Shown here: positions 1 through 9,005 of the stretch, in pieces
Position numbering within the stretch: the stretch's first letter is position 1
Layout of the letters: each line of letters starts with the position of its first letter
DNA from: Paramicrosporidium saccamoebae KSL3
Taxonomy: Eukaryota; Fungi; Cryptomycota
Direction: 5' to 3'
DNA: 32,000 nucleotides
Assembly: GCA_002794465.1 (NCBI GenBank)
Contig: MTSL01000050.1
Coordinates: 43,077-75,076 of the forward strand
The notes under the pieces: generated by a model
What the model saw: the letters and a program-made list of their open reading frames with translations, nothing else
Told to the model about the DNA's origin: nothing
Databases searched by the model: none
Position numbers and translations under genes: made by a program

Positions 1-206
1 TAATGTTGACAACTTTTGTAATCTTCAAAGGTGTGAAGCGATGACTCGGTGTAAGATGGTTAAAGTGCAGGGTGGTAGGATGATTGTATAATCGTGTTTT
101 AACAACTTTTGAAACGCAAGGAATTACATCCTCCCACCTAACAGAAATAGTGTATCCATGTAGTCACGTGTCCGTATATACGTGTATTTGTGTATCTATA
201 TAACTC

Positions 207-269
207 CTCTATTCCATGCATTCTCTCTACTCCATACATTCCATACATTCTCTCTATTCCATATAATCT
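207..269. repeat. Short degenerate tandem repeat, unit ~CTCTATTCCATACATTCT
   Basis: Units at 207-224, 225-240, 241-251 (partial) and 252-269, just downstream of the STE14 stop. Confidence 0.5.
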
Positions 270-293
270 CCTATATCCGTGGTGATCCCTCCG

Positions 294-974
294 CTATGCG
301 ACGCCAGGAACACCAGACCAACATTCCCTTCGATATCGGATGTATTCAGGGAAAAACTTGACAAGGTGGTATTCTTCCAGCTTGATGCGCTCGGAAAAGA
401 AGCGGTGCAGTACGTATGCATAGCCAAATAAGCAGACAAAATTGCCGAGCATGACTTGTGTTCCCAGTGACCATAAATAAAAGCCCGAATATGATGGATG
501 TCGCATGAACTGAAAAATTCCAGTGCGCACCAAGACGTGACTGGCAACATGCTCATCGGCCACTTCGTGGGTGAAGGCACTGCCTGCATCTAGCATACCC
601 TTTGTTCGTGTCAGTTGTCCCGCCAACACCATACACCCTCCTAACCATCGTAAAGACGGTAGCCAGTGTAGCCGGGGGAAGAATATCTCAATAATCGCAT
701 ATTCGAATACGGCTGCCGACATGGAAAGCGTATATGCCGTACTATGATCCAACAGGAATGCTTGGTAGGTTGTTGTGGTGGGATGGAAATGGCAGGTCAG
801 GTAGAATTCCAGAAAGTGGAATGCACAAAGCGCAGCCGTGTATAAAGCAAGCCCAGTGTGTCTGGCTAGCGTTATTGCCACTACCAACGAGCCTCCAAAC
901 GCCACCCCCAACAATCCACATGTTAGAGAAATCCGGGGAACATCATGCTGTGTCTCTAGGCGACCGGGCTGCAT
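294..974 (-). CDS. STE14: Isoprenylcysteine carboxyl methyltransferase (ICMT), 226 aa
   Basis: Motifs FHFLEF, HVLVRTGIFQFMRHPSYSGFYLWSLGTQ and RIKLEEYHLVKFFPEY, with multiple TM segments. Start placed at MQPGRLE (974) because the ORF-track extension to 1262 overlaps the OGG1 CDS. Confidence 0.92.
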   Translation of the reverse strand: MQPGRLETQHDVPRISLTCGLLGVAFGGSLVVAITLARHTGLALYTAALCAFHFLEFYLTCHFHPTTTTYQAFLLDHSTAYTLSMSAAVFEYAIIEIFFPRLHWLPSLRWLGGCMVLAGQLTRTKGMLDAGSAFTHEVADEHVASHVLVRTGIFQFMRHPSYSGFYLWSLGTQVMLGNFVCLFGYAYVLHRFFSERIKLEEYHLVKFFPEYIRYRRECWSGVPGVA

Positions 975-982
975 AATCAGAA

Positions 983-1906
983 TTATTTTATTTTCCTGGC
1001 CTTTTCCTTTATCTGTGCGGCAAACAGGACAAGATGAGCCCATCCCGCATGCGGTCCAAATATTACCCTGAACCGATCGCCAATTGCCGTGTAGACTTTC
1101 AGAGTCAGCGATTTTCCAGATGGCATGCCCGTGTAAAATGTCCGCGCAACCTTCCAAATGTGTGTATCGACAGGGACGGCAGAAAATTGACCAAGACCAG
1201 TTAATGCCACGCAGTCGGCAACTTTGGGGCCCACACCCACTATCTTCAAGAGCTCCGACCATGCTTGTTCTCTGGGGGCCGTTCGTAAAAGCTCTAGATC
1301 CAACTCGCCGTCAATTGCCCGACATGAGACGGCCTGGATGTACCTGGCACGATATCCAAATCCATTTTCCACCAGTTCCTGGGTTATCCGAACATGTGTT
1401 AGATCCGTTGGACAGGGAAAAGTGTAAACAATAACAGTCCCATCAATCAGTGCATGAGCGCGCCCATATTTCTCCTTCAGGGTGCGCACCATTGACGTAA
1501 TGCGTGAGATACCATTGTTTTGGGAACATATGAACGAAAGAAGACTTTCGAATGCGGGCTGGTCGAGGAGCCGCACACCTGGGCACTGGTGGCATAGCTT
1601 AGCAAAATGTGCGTCCCGCTGACTCCATTCTTGGTAGAGCTCAGACAGGTCTATGTCGAGTCGAAAATACTTTGAGAGAATGCACCGTACTACGGCCTCT
1701 TGTTCAGGTTCGGTCCAAAAATACACATTATTATCCTTTGTTGAAAGAATTAGAATTTCTCCCTCAAATGCGTTCAGCCAATAATCCTTGTATTGAATCC
1801 AAGAAAATGTCTGTCCACTACCGAGACAAATGTCAAGATTCAAGACGGAACATTCAGCGAGCTTAAACGGAGCCAATCGGGCCAGTTCCACTTGCTTATG
1901 GCTCAT
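983..1906 (-). CDS. OGG1: 8-oxoguanine DNA glycosylase/AP lyase, 307 aa
   Basis: N-terminal LGSGQTFSW, GVRLLDQPAFESLLSFICSQNNGISRI, GFGYRARYI, and HhH-GPD motif GVGPKVADCVAL...VPVDTHIW with catalytic Lys and Asp. Start placed at MSHKQ (1906); the upstream extension overlaps MGM1. Confidence 0.93.
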   Translation of the reverse strand: MSHKQVELARLAPFKLAECSVLNLDICLGSGQTFSWIQYKDYWLNAFEGEILILSTKDNNVYFWTEPEQEAVVRCILSKYFRLDIDLSELYQEWSQRDAHFAKLCHQCPGVRLLDQPAFESLLSFICSQNNGISRITSMVRTLKEKYGRAHALIDGTVIVYTFPCPTDLTHVRITQELVENGFGYRARYIQAVSCRAIDGELDLELLRTAPREQAWSELLKIVGVGPKVADCVALTGLGQFSAVPVDTHIWKVARTFYTGMPSGKSLTLKVYTAIGDRFRVIFGPHAGWAHLVLFAAQIKEKARKIK

Positions 1907-1914
1907 AGAGAAAG

Positions 1915-1923
1915 CAGCCAATC
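1915..1923 (+). promoter_or_regulatory. CCAAT-box-like element CAGCCAATC in the 32-nt OGG1/MGM1 divergent gap
   Basis: Identical 9-mer at 14951-14959 in the BCS1/SAC1 divergent gap. A second AGCCAATC at 1871-1878. Matches the NF-Y/HAP consensus. Confidence 0.4.
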
Positions 1924-1938
1924 CTGGTCGGCCGAGAC

Positions 1939-4609
1939 ATGCAATTCTTACGGAGAGCTCTACTGCACAGGTCGGTCTACCGACTTTCAGCTGCAATCCG
2001 ATCATCAAATATCCAATTATTCCATAACCCCATACAAAGGCAAAACCTCCATGTATACACAAGAATTAGCCGGCCACACTACGGGAGACGAATGTACGGA
2101 ACAGGCGCCGGACTTGTTCCCCGCGGATTTCTTTTCCGAGCATTTTGGACCAGTGTCACAGCCACCGTGGGATACATTTATTACCAGGTCAATCAGGCAT
2201 CCAGCTGGGTGGCGGAAAAGTCTGCTAGGCTGAGGGAACTGGGAATGGAGGGCATGTTGGGATTAATAGATGTCTGGGAGAGTGCGGCTGCAAGCATTGA
2301 GGGACACGGGTTGTGGAGGCGACCTACTAAGCCAGCACATGGTAATCGTTGTGGAGTAGTCTTGACATTTAGGAGAGTTTAGAGGCGTGCAAGAGGACGC
2401 CGATGGCCATTTTGGGGGCACGTCAGAGGACGACCATGGCCACACTACAAACAAGTCTGTTGATTTGGACAGTGCAAGTGGCCAATTTAGAGATTTTATC
2501 AAGAAAATGATCGAAGTTCGAAATATTCTAAAATCAGCCGAGATGGACAACACCCTGAATCTCCCTAGTATTGTAGTCATCGGATCGCAGAGCTCGGGGA
2601 AGAGCAGTGTACTAGAAAGCATTGTAGGCCACGAGTTCTTACCAAAGGGCAATAATATGGTCACCAGGAGACCACTCGAGTTGACGTTGGTGAATTCGCC
2701 TACCTGCACTCGTGATTTTGCCGTCTTCAATCAATTGGAGACTGGGCCTGTTTTTGATTTCTCCAAAGTCCAACAGACGTTGACCGATCTAAACTTGGCC
2801 GTTCCTGAGGACCAATGGATTTCGCCAAAGCCCATCGAATTGACAATTTATTCCAAAAATGTTCCTGATCTCTCGCTTGTGGACTTGCCGGGATACATCC
2901 AGATTAACAATCGCAATCAGCCGCCAATCCTTCGTGATCGGATTGCACAGCTCTGTGAACAATACATCAAACAGGACAACATTATTTTGGCAGTGTGTCC
3001 CGCTGATGTGGATTTGGCAAACGCCGAGGCTCTGAAGGCCAGTCGTGCTGTTGACCCCGAGGGATTGCGAACAATTGGTGTGATTACGAAACTAGACTTG
3101 GTGGACCCTGAATACTCTGCCCATCTGATACAAAACGAAGATTATCCCCTGAGGCTTGGCTATGTTGGGGTAGTTTGCAGGCCGCCAGCTACCCAAACAC
3201 AGCCCCGTGCCCTCTCAATACTGACAAGAAGCAAAAACACACATAATGAACGCTATGAGGACTTGTACGTAAGTGAGCATCAGGAAGCTTTCGAAAAGAT
3301 CAAGGATCGAGTGGGGATCTCTAGACTGCGAGATCGATTAAGCAGCGCGCTCGAGACTTCAATGGCAGAGTCGTTATCAGGTGTATTTACTTCTGTTCAA
3401 GACGAACTCTCTGAATTGTGCTATATTATGAAGGTTGAGTACAGTGATCGAGTGATATCGCCAGAGGGATACGTGTCTTACTTGGCAACCAGCGTAAAAA
3501 ATGGCCTGGAGAGCGTGGCCAAGGATTATAGCAGACCAAGGGTACGGGAACAGCTTAGAAAAGTGCTGCACAAGCGCTTGATTGAGGTTGCCGATGAGAC
3601 GATTTGGAAGTATTCTGACAAAGCCGGGCTCTTAGATGAGGCACAGTTGAATCAAGCCGTGGCCTCGTTGACAAGATCGGGGGTAGGGAGGATTGCCGCA
3701 AATTGTCTTGTAGATGCAATAATCACCCAAGTAAGCCAAATTATCAAGGATGGGCCGTTGTCCCACCATCCCGCTGCCAAAGAACGCTTGCTAAAACAGG
3801 CAGAGACGGCCATGCGGAGACAAAGCCAGGCCGCAATTGAGCAAGTTGAGAACGCCATCAAACCATTAAAGAGCGAGATGGAATACACCGACGACGATTG
3901 GATCATGGCGAGGAAAAAGATTATTCATCTATTTGAAGAAACGGGGCAAGATTTGGAGCGGACCCTGAAGAAGATCCAGAGCGAAGTAGGACAGCGGAGA
4001 CTTGTGAGGATTGTACAGCACCTTCACGAGCCAAAAGATGGCTCCGTCAAGATTAGTCAGAATTTGGTTGACAAGGCCAAGGAGGCGGTGCGGATTAATC
4101 ATCAATTGAAGAGCATCAGACAGCGATTAGAGGTAATGGAGAGGAAAGAATGCATGCTACCCGATGTTGAAGGTAAAAAGAGGTGGTTCCACTTTGGAAG
4201 CGACGCTGACACGTTGGAGACGGTCAAGAAGAACATTAGCGTCACTGTAGATGCCGGCACCCCCGATGCCAAGACGATTCATGTTTGGAATCACTGCCAA
4301 ACACGCTGTCCCGAAGTTTATTTATACCTCGTGATGGAGAAGCTCCTCTCAACCTCTGCTTTGTATGTGCACCATGAGCTTGTCCACGAGTTCCTCCATC
4401 CCTTCCCTGATGAACTGGCGGCTTCACTTTCCACCACGCCCAACAGCGGTGATGGCGTGATGGGATTGGACCGGAAGGAGATTCTTGAATTTGTGCAGGA
4501 GAATGCCTCGGTGGCACGGCATTTGCAACTACAGGAACGTAGGAGGATTTTGGAAAAGGTACGCGACAAGTTGGCCTATCTGCAACATTTCAACACTAAC
4601 ACAATGTAA
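1939..4609 (+). CDS. MGM1: Mitochondrial dynamin-like GTPase Mgm1/OPA1, 879 aa; exons 1939-2341 and 2373-4609
   Basis: Arg-rich presequence MQFLRRALLHRSVYRLS, TM segment, G1 IGSQSSGKSSVLESIVGHEFLPKG, VTRRP, DLPG and TKLD. A 31-nt intron joins the two ORF-track ORFs in frame (AH-G-EFRGVQED). Confidence 0.93.
2342..2372 (+). other. 31-nt spliceosomal intron in MGM1
   Basis: GTAATC...TTGAC...TTTAG. Removal restores the reading frame. Confidence 0.88.
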
Positions 4610-4666
4610 TACAGTGTGATTATATGAAAGGAGGTTTGGAACATGCACGCCCTGCCTATGGTATTG

Positions 4667-4768
4667 CTATTGACCAACAACAAGCTTCATTACTAATTCA
4701 GCGAGTGACATTGTTTCAGCATTTTCTTTCCACAAAACGAGTTTTATTGCAAATTCATCGGGTGACAT
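4667..4768 (-). other. 33-codon ORF (MSPDEFAIKLVLWKENAETMSLAELVMKLVVGQ) with an internal 57-nt-period repeat, in frame behind the stop of ORF 4772-4999
   Basis: 4695-4716 vs 4752-4773 match at 20/22 nt. TAA ACA ATG junction. Coding status unproven. Confidence 0.25.
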
Positions 4769-4771
4769 TGT

Positions 4772-4999
4772 TTATTTTTGAGACACCTTTTTCAACCCCG
4801 CTCTAGTCGTTTCCAAAATGTTCCCTTCCTTGTTGCTCTCCACTTTGGGTACCACGTCACTCTGACCTTCAAAATCGCCCGGCTTTGGAGCCTTCTTCAA
4901 CTTGACGCCCTCAAAAGCACTCTCCTTTTTCTCCATCTCAGTCTCTTGCTTGTGGGATTCAACGTTGCGCAACTTGACATTCCATTCGGCTGGCGTCAT
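4772..4999 (-). CDS. 75-aa hydrophilic microprotein with three LKK/LR-type motifs (WH2/beta-thymosin-like, inferred)
   Basis: Motifs WNVKLRNV, FEGVKLKKA and RAGLKKV. ATG lies 20 nt after the QCR6 stop, consistent with local gene packing. Confidence 0.55.
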   Translation of the reverse strand: MTPAEWNVKLRNVESHKQETEMEKKESAFEGVKLKKAPKPGDFEGQSDVVPKVESNKEGNILETTRAGLKKVSQK

Positions 5000-5019
5000 G
5001 ACCCCGACAATGTTTATTA

Positions 5020-5264
5020 CTATTTTAAGTACTTGAATAGTCGTTTGGCAACCTACAGGTCAGTCGTCTTACAGTTGGTACGCAATTATCAATGCATGGA
5101 GTGAGGTCAAAGAGCTCCTCGTTGCAGGTTTCGGTGGTTCCGGGCCTCGATTGAACACGTCTCGCACATTCTTCGTATTTTTCAAGCAACGGACGGCACG
5201 CCTCTGAAGTACGACAGATCTCCTCCAACCGCTCCTTGGGACATGTCACTTCCTCCTCCGACAT
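5020..5264 (-). CDS. QCR6: Cytochrome bc1 complex subunit 6 (hinge), 71 aa; exons 5264-5082 and 5052-5020
   Basis: Twin Cys-helix pattern PKERLEEIC...C..LLEKYEECARRV...ETCNEELFDL..CIDNC. Splicing the 29-nt intron gives the canonical tail VAKRLFKYLK. Confidence 0.92.
5053..5081 (-). other. 29-nt spliceosomal intron in QCR6
   Basis: GTACCA...CTGAC-CTGTAG on the minus strand. Confidence 0.9.
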
Positions 5265-5295
5265 TTTTAAATTTGCGATTTATGGGAAATTCATT

Positions 5296-5922
5296 ATGCG
5301 GTGGAGACAACTTGAGGGCGACGCAGAGGTGTTGAGTCTGTATGGCGGGGAGTTGGGACTTGCGGGACGTTTTGAGGATATTCCCTCGTTGGAAATTGAC
5401 GTAGCAAAAGCGCTGGTGGAGCAACTGGACGAGTGTAATGGAATTGTCATGGTGGCACCCGTGACGTTTCTCGCTCACGCCCCGCTCTCCAACTACACCG
5501 GCTCGGCGGTACTCATTGAACAGAGCATTGACAATGCCTGTGGGGCCATTGCCCTGTATCATCTCCTGGCAAACACAAGTACAAACCAATTGGCCGTCGA
5601 GATACAATCACTGCCTGACCCAACGGCACGTGGAAAGTGGCTAGAAACCAAAGCAGCGCTTCATGAGCGGTTTGCTGCAATGGGACAGACGGAACTCCCC
5701 GATCTTTCCGATGAGACTGAATTGCATTTCATTTGTATTATCAAGAGAGATGGACATGCTATTTGGTTTGACGGACGCAAAAAACACCCCATGAAAATTG
5801 ATGGAACCGGTGAAGAATTTGTAAGCAATGTTCTAAGCACTCTTCAAACTATGATATCCACAACGTCTGATCAGAATGTCAATGAGATGGCGCTTTTCGC
5901 ATTTATTCCTCAACCTTGTTAG
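5296..5922 (+). CDS. Ubiquitin C-terminal hydrolase (peptidase C12, Yuh1/UCH-L3-like), 208 aa
   Basis: MRWRQLEG start motif, EQSIDNACG (oxyanion Gln, catalytic Cys), ELHFICI (His), WFDGRK (Asp). Confidence 0.88.
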   Translation: MRWRQLEGDAEVLSLYGGELGLAGRFEDIPSLEIDVAKALVEQLDECNGIVMVAPVTFLAHAPLSNYTGSAVLIEQSIDNACGAIALYHLLANTSTNQLAVEIQSLPDPTARGKWLETKAALHERFAAMGQTELPDLSDETELHFICIIKRDGHAIWFDGRKKHPMKIDGTGEEFVSNVLSTLQTMISTTSDQNVNEMALFAFIPQPC

Positions 5923-6100
5923 ACCCTGTCGTACCAGGCAGGACCAGAAGAATCAGAAAAGGCCAAATAGGACTATTGTACTTTAATAGTACGTATAGTG
6001 ACATGCAATATATAATAATTTTGCCTGCCACAAATCATGGCATGATTATCTTGGTGAATGTAATCCGATTGTTTCTCCTTGAGTCTCATAAATATACAAT

Positions 6101-8800
6101 TTATTCGCCGTCGTTAGAGATGCTGAACAACGGCATGGGCACTGAGACTCCCATTAGAGTGGTAACAAGCATAGTAAGCTCTTCTTTTGTCCTGCACAGA
6201 AAACCAAACAAGATGGTCGGGTCCAGTTGGGGGAGGGATAGCTCGCAGACAGCGCGAGTGTGGCATTCCCTCCGATCCACCATGGCGTCTAGGGTGGAGG
6301 CCTGCCGGAGCAGATGGGGATCGAGATAGAGGAGAGCGTCGTCTTGGTAGCCGACAATGTAAAAGGCGCGGGCGGAGCGACCTCCAATGATCCCAAGGGA
6401 GTGGGGAGAGGAGAGGGCAGCCTTAATGAGGACCGAATAGTCGGCATTGAGAGTGTCGGCGCCCAATCGCAGCGGCATCAGTATTAGCTGAGGCCTCAAG
6501 ACGACTGCCTCTTTGAGTCGATACAGCGGGATAATTCCCTGCTTTACCAAAAACACATCAAAAGGAATGGAGGGGTCTAGGCGACATTGCGTGCGCAAAG
6601 CTCTGGACAGGACAGATGGATTGAAATGTTGACCAATGGGTGTCCCGTATTGCACGCCAACCCGCGTTAAATGGAGAATGGAAAAGGTGGCAGTCGGATC
6701 AGCACTGTCGAGGAACAGTGCCAAAATCCTCCGATATTTGGCCAGAGTTTCGGGAGAGCCATAAATCTGGGCCAGCCTCCGATCGGGATCGAGGAGAATC
6801 CTGGCCAGGGCCTCAGCCATCATTGATTGGCCAGCACGAATCATGCAGCCAAAACCGGCATCGCTGGAGAGAATGGAGGGGAGGAGGCGGGGAAAGTCAC
6901 GTCGATAGGTAAACCAAAAACAGCTCTCAAAGGTCTGTAAAAAGTCTTCCATACATCCAACACAGCTGGGGGAAGTGTTGCGATTGGAACGTTCCCTCTT
7001 TGGACTGACGGAAGGCAATCTTGGCGGAGTGTGAGGAGAGAGAGCCTGTATTGTCTGTCGATTATGCAGAACAGAGGGCAGCCAAGCAAGCAAAGCAGTA
7101 AAATCAGCAACAGAGAGGGCACGAAAACACAACCAAGTGGCGGCATGGGAGATGGCAAAGCGCAGGGAAGAATCGGCAAAAAAGTAAAAATGAGCATTGG
7201 TAATGTCCAGGGGCATAGGGCTCAGATTGGTCATGGGAGAGCGAAGCATGAGCATCATGGAGCTAGGATCCTGATAGATTTCGCGACAAATCCAGTCATG
7301 GATATGCTCCGACCACAACAGCACGACACGAGGGCCAGTAGGGGGACTGGACGAACCAGGATGGATGAGTACGAGAGAGTTGGGATGGGGGCCAATTTCA
7401 ATACTGCAGCCTGAGACAAAGAGAATATCAAACTCGATGGAGGAATCCCGACTATGACTGGCAGAGATGGCCATCAGACTGGATAGAACATCAACAAAGA
7501 CAGTGCGTGCTTGCAATGCGACATTACGCTTGCATCGAATGGCACAATCGACATAGTGTTGTCCAGTCTGTGGAATGGCGTGAATACTAAATACATAGGA
7601 TTCCAAAGTGGCCGATAGAGTGGCATCATCGGCCTCTATGACACAGACTGTACTCCACCGATTGTCCTCCAACCAACTGGCAAGTTGTGCCAACACCAAT
7701 TCGACATCAAATGGCGTAATAATCAGCCCTTCCCGCAATCCATAGTCTTCATCAGAAACACGGACCAGTTCGGCGCGTTCTGTTGAAATATTCCGTATGC
7801 GCTTTACCGGTCCAACACTGACACAGCGTTTCCAGTGACCATTATCAACACTGTCGTTCTTGAATTGACGTCCCATTAACCAAATGGGCGATGGAGAGTA
7901 GAGAGTTTTGCTATTCTCCCGAGGATCGTGAGAATTGGCCATTAACTGACCGAGACGGGTACCGTACAGCCAAAAACCCATTTGTTGCAATAGATCGACA
8001 GTGACAACACTCTCAGCGTCCGTGTCAGGATCCCGTGGCGATCGCAGAGTGACAATTGAATCGGAGCGTGACACTGAGCGACTGGGAAGGTCGGTGTCAA
8101 GGTCAACAAATGAACCGGCGATGGAGACGGCCTGTGATTGATCGTCCTCCATTGCTACCGAATAGACTAATGGGGCACTTATGGGGGGTGCGTCTACTGA
8201 AAGTAAAGGCAACGGATGGTGGGAATCACGAAGCCATGAGACGGCATCTGCATGGAGCTTCCCCGTGTCCACCATCCATTCTTTGGTGAACAGTAATCGA
8301 CGCTCTTGGTCAAACAATTGCAAACGCCGTCGGGTCCGTTCTGCGTCGGGCTGTACGAAACGACGTGGTAAGGTCAGTACATATGCCGTGTCTGTTTCGT
8401 CTTCTGTTGGTTTCACCCGCTCCACAGCCAACTCTTCCACCATCCCGTCCACCAGACGCGCCTCGTGACAGAACATTGGCTGACTGGCCATTGTGCGAAA
8501 CACAATTTGGAATTGGGAAAATGTGTCAGTGAACATGTGTACTACGTCTTCAAGACGTCCTGTGGTTGGAAATAGTCGTGCTATTGCTGCAGTAGGCGAC
8601 ACATAGACGGGACGGGTAAAGGTCTCCTTTTCCACCGTAGTCACCAACATTACCGCTTCCACAATAATACTTGGTCCCGGTGTGCGCAACTTCGGATGAC
8701 GTGCTGTCCAATTCCGCGGGGAGGAGTGTCCTGAATTTGATGGTGTAGACGACAATGACTGTAAAGAATGTGCATTTAATGCGTCAACATTGTGGCTCAT
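6101..8800 (-). CDS. ATG4: Cysteine protease ATG4 (peptidase C54) with long N-terminal extension and a ~305-aa insertion, 899 aa
   Basis: PIWLMGRQF, FWFTYRRDF, SDAGFGCMIRAGQSM (catalytic Cys), PLRLGAD, GIIGG and YLDPH (Asp, His). Confidence 0.88.
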   Translation of the reverse strand: MSHNVDALNAHSLQSLSSTPSNSGHSSPRNWTARHPKLRTPGPSIIVEAVMLVTTVEKETFTRPVYVSPTAAIARLFPTTGRLEDVVHMFTDTFSQFQIVFRTMASQPMFCHEARLVDGMVEELAVERVKPTEDETDTAYVLTLPRRFVQPDAERTRRRLQLFDQERRLLFTKEWMVDTGKLHADAVSWLRDSHHPLPLLSVDAPPISAPLVYSVAMEDDQSQAVSIAGSFVDLDTDLPSRSVSRSDSIVTLRSPRDPDTDAESVVTVDLLQQMGFWLYGTRLGQLMANSHDPRENSKTLYSPSPIWLMGRQFKNDSVDNGHWKRCVSVGPVKRIRNISTERAELVRVSDEDYGLREGLIITPFDVELVLAQLASWLEDNRWSTVCVIEADDATLSATLESYVFSIHAIPQTGQHYVDCAIRCKRNVALQARTVFVDVLSSLMAISASHSRDSSIEFDILFVSGCSIEIGPHPNSLVLIHPGSSSPPTGPRVVLLWSEHIHDWICREIYQDPSSMMLMLRSPMTNLSPMPLDITNAHFYFFADSSLRFAISHAATWLCFRALSVADFTALLAWLPSVLHNRQTIQALSPHTPPRLPSVSPKRERSNRNTSPSCVGCMEDFLQTFESCFWFTYRRDFPRLLPSILSSDAGFGCMIRAGQSMMAEALARILLDPDRRLAQIYGSPETLAKYRRILALFLDSADPTATFSILHLTRVGVQYGTPIGQHFNPSVLSRALRTQCRLDPSIPFDVFLVKQGIIPLYRLKEAVVLRPQLILMPLRLGADTLNADYSVLIKAALSSPHSLGIIGGRSARAFYIVGYQDDALLYLDPHLLRQASTLDAMVDRRECHTRAVCELSLPQLDPTILFGFLCRTKEELTMLVTTLMGVSVPMPLFSISNDGE

Positions 8801-9005
8801 AAACCGGTATGGGTGGTCACATGGGCATCCAAGTCTTTGTAATAATTAGCCATGTGCAACTATGCGAACAGCAGAGGTATTGATCCAAGTGCGACTAGGT
8901 GGATAACAGAGACATTGATCCAAACCTTTCAACTCGAAATCTCAGTCTTGATTGCGACTTTAATACTTTTGCATTGACATATGCTACCTGGGCTTCCAGG
9001 GTTCC

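Noticed and set aside
1-170. Open frames at the window start (minus DVIPCVSKVVKTRLY..., plus ...MVKVQGGRMIV)
   Set aside because: Truncated, no recognisable motif, and the strand cannot be decided.
975-1262. N-terminal extension of the STE14 ORF in the ORF track
   Set aside because: Overlaps the OGG1 CDS on the same strand and shows no ICMT similarity; MQPGRLE gives a normal-length protein.
1907-2062. N-terminal extension of the OGG1 ORF
   Set aside because: Overlaps the MGM1 presequence on the opposite strand and adds no OGG1-like sequence.
2387-2389. GTG start of a separate 740-aa dynamin ORF
   Set aside because: It is internal to MGM1 exon 2 once the 31-nt intron is removed.
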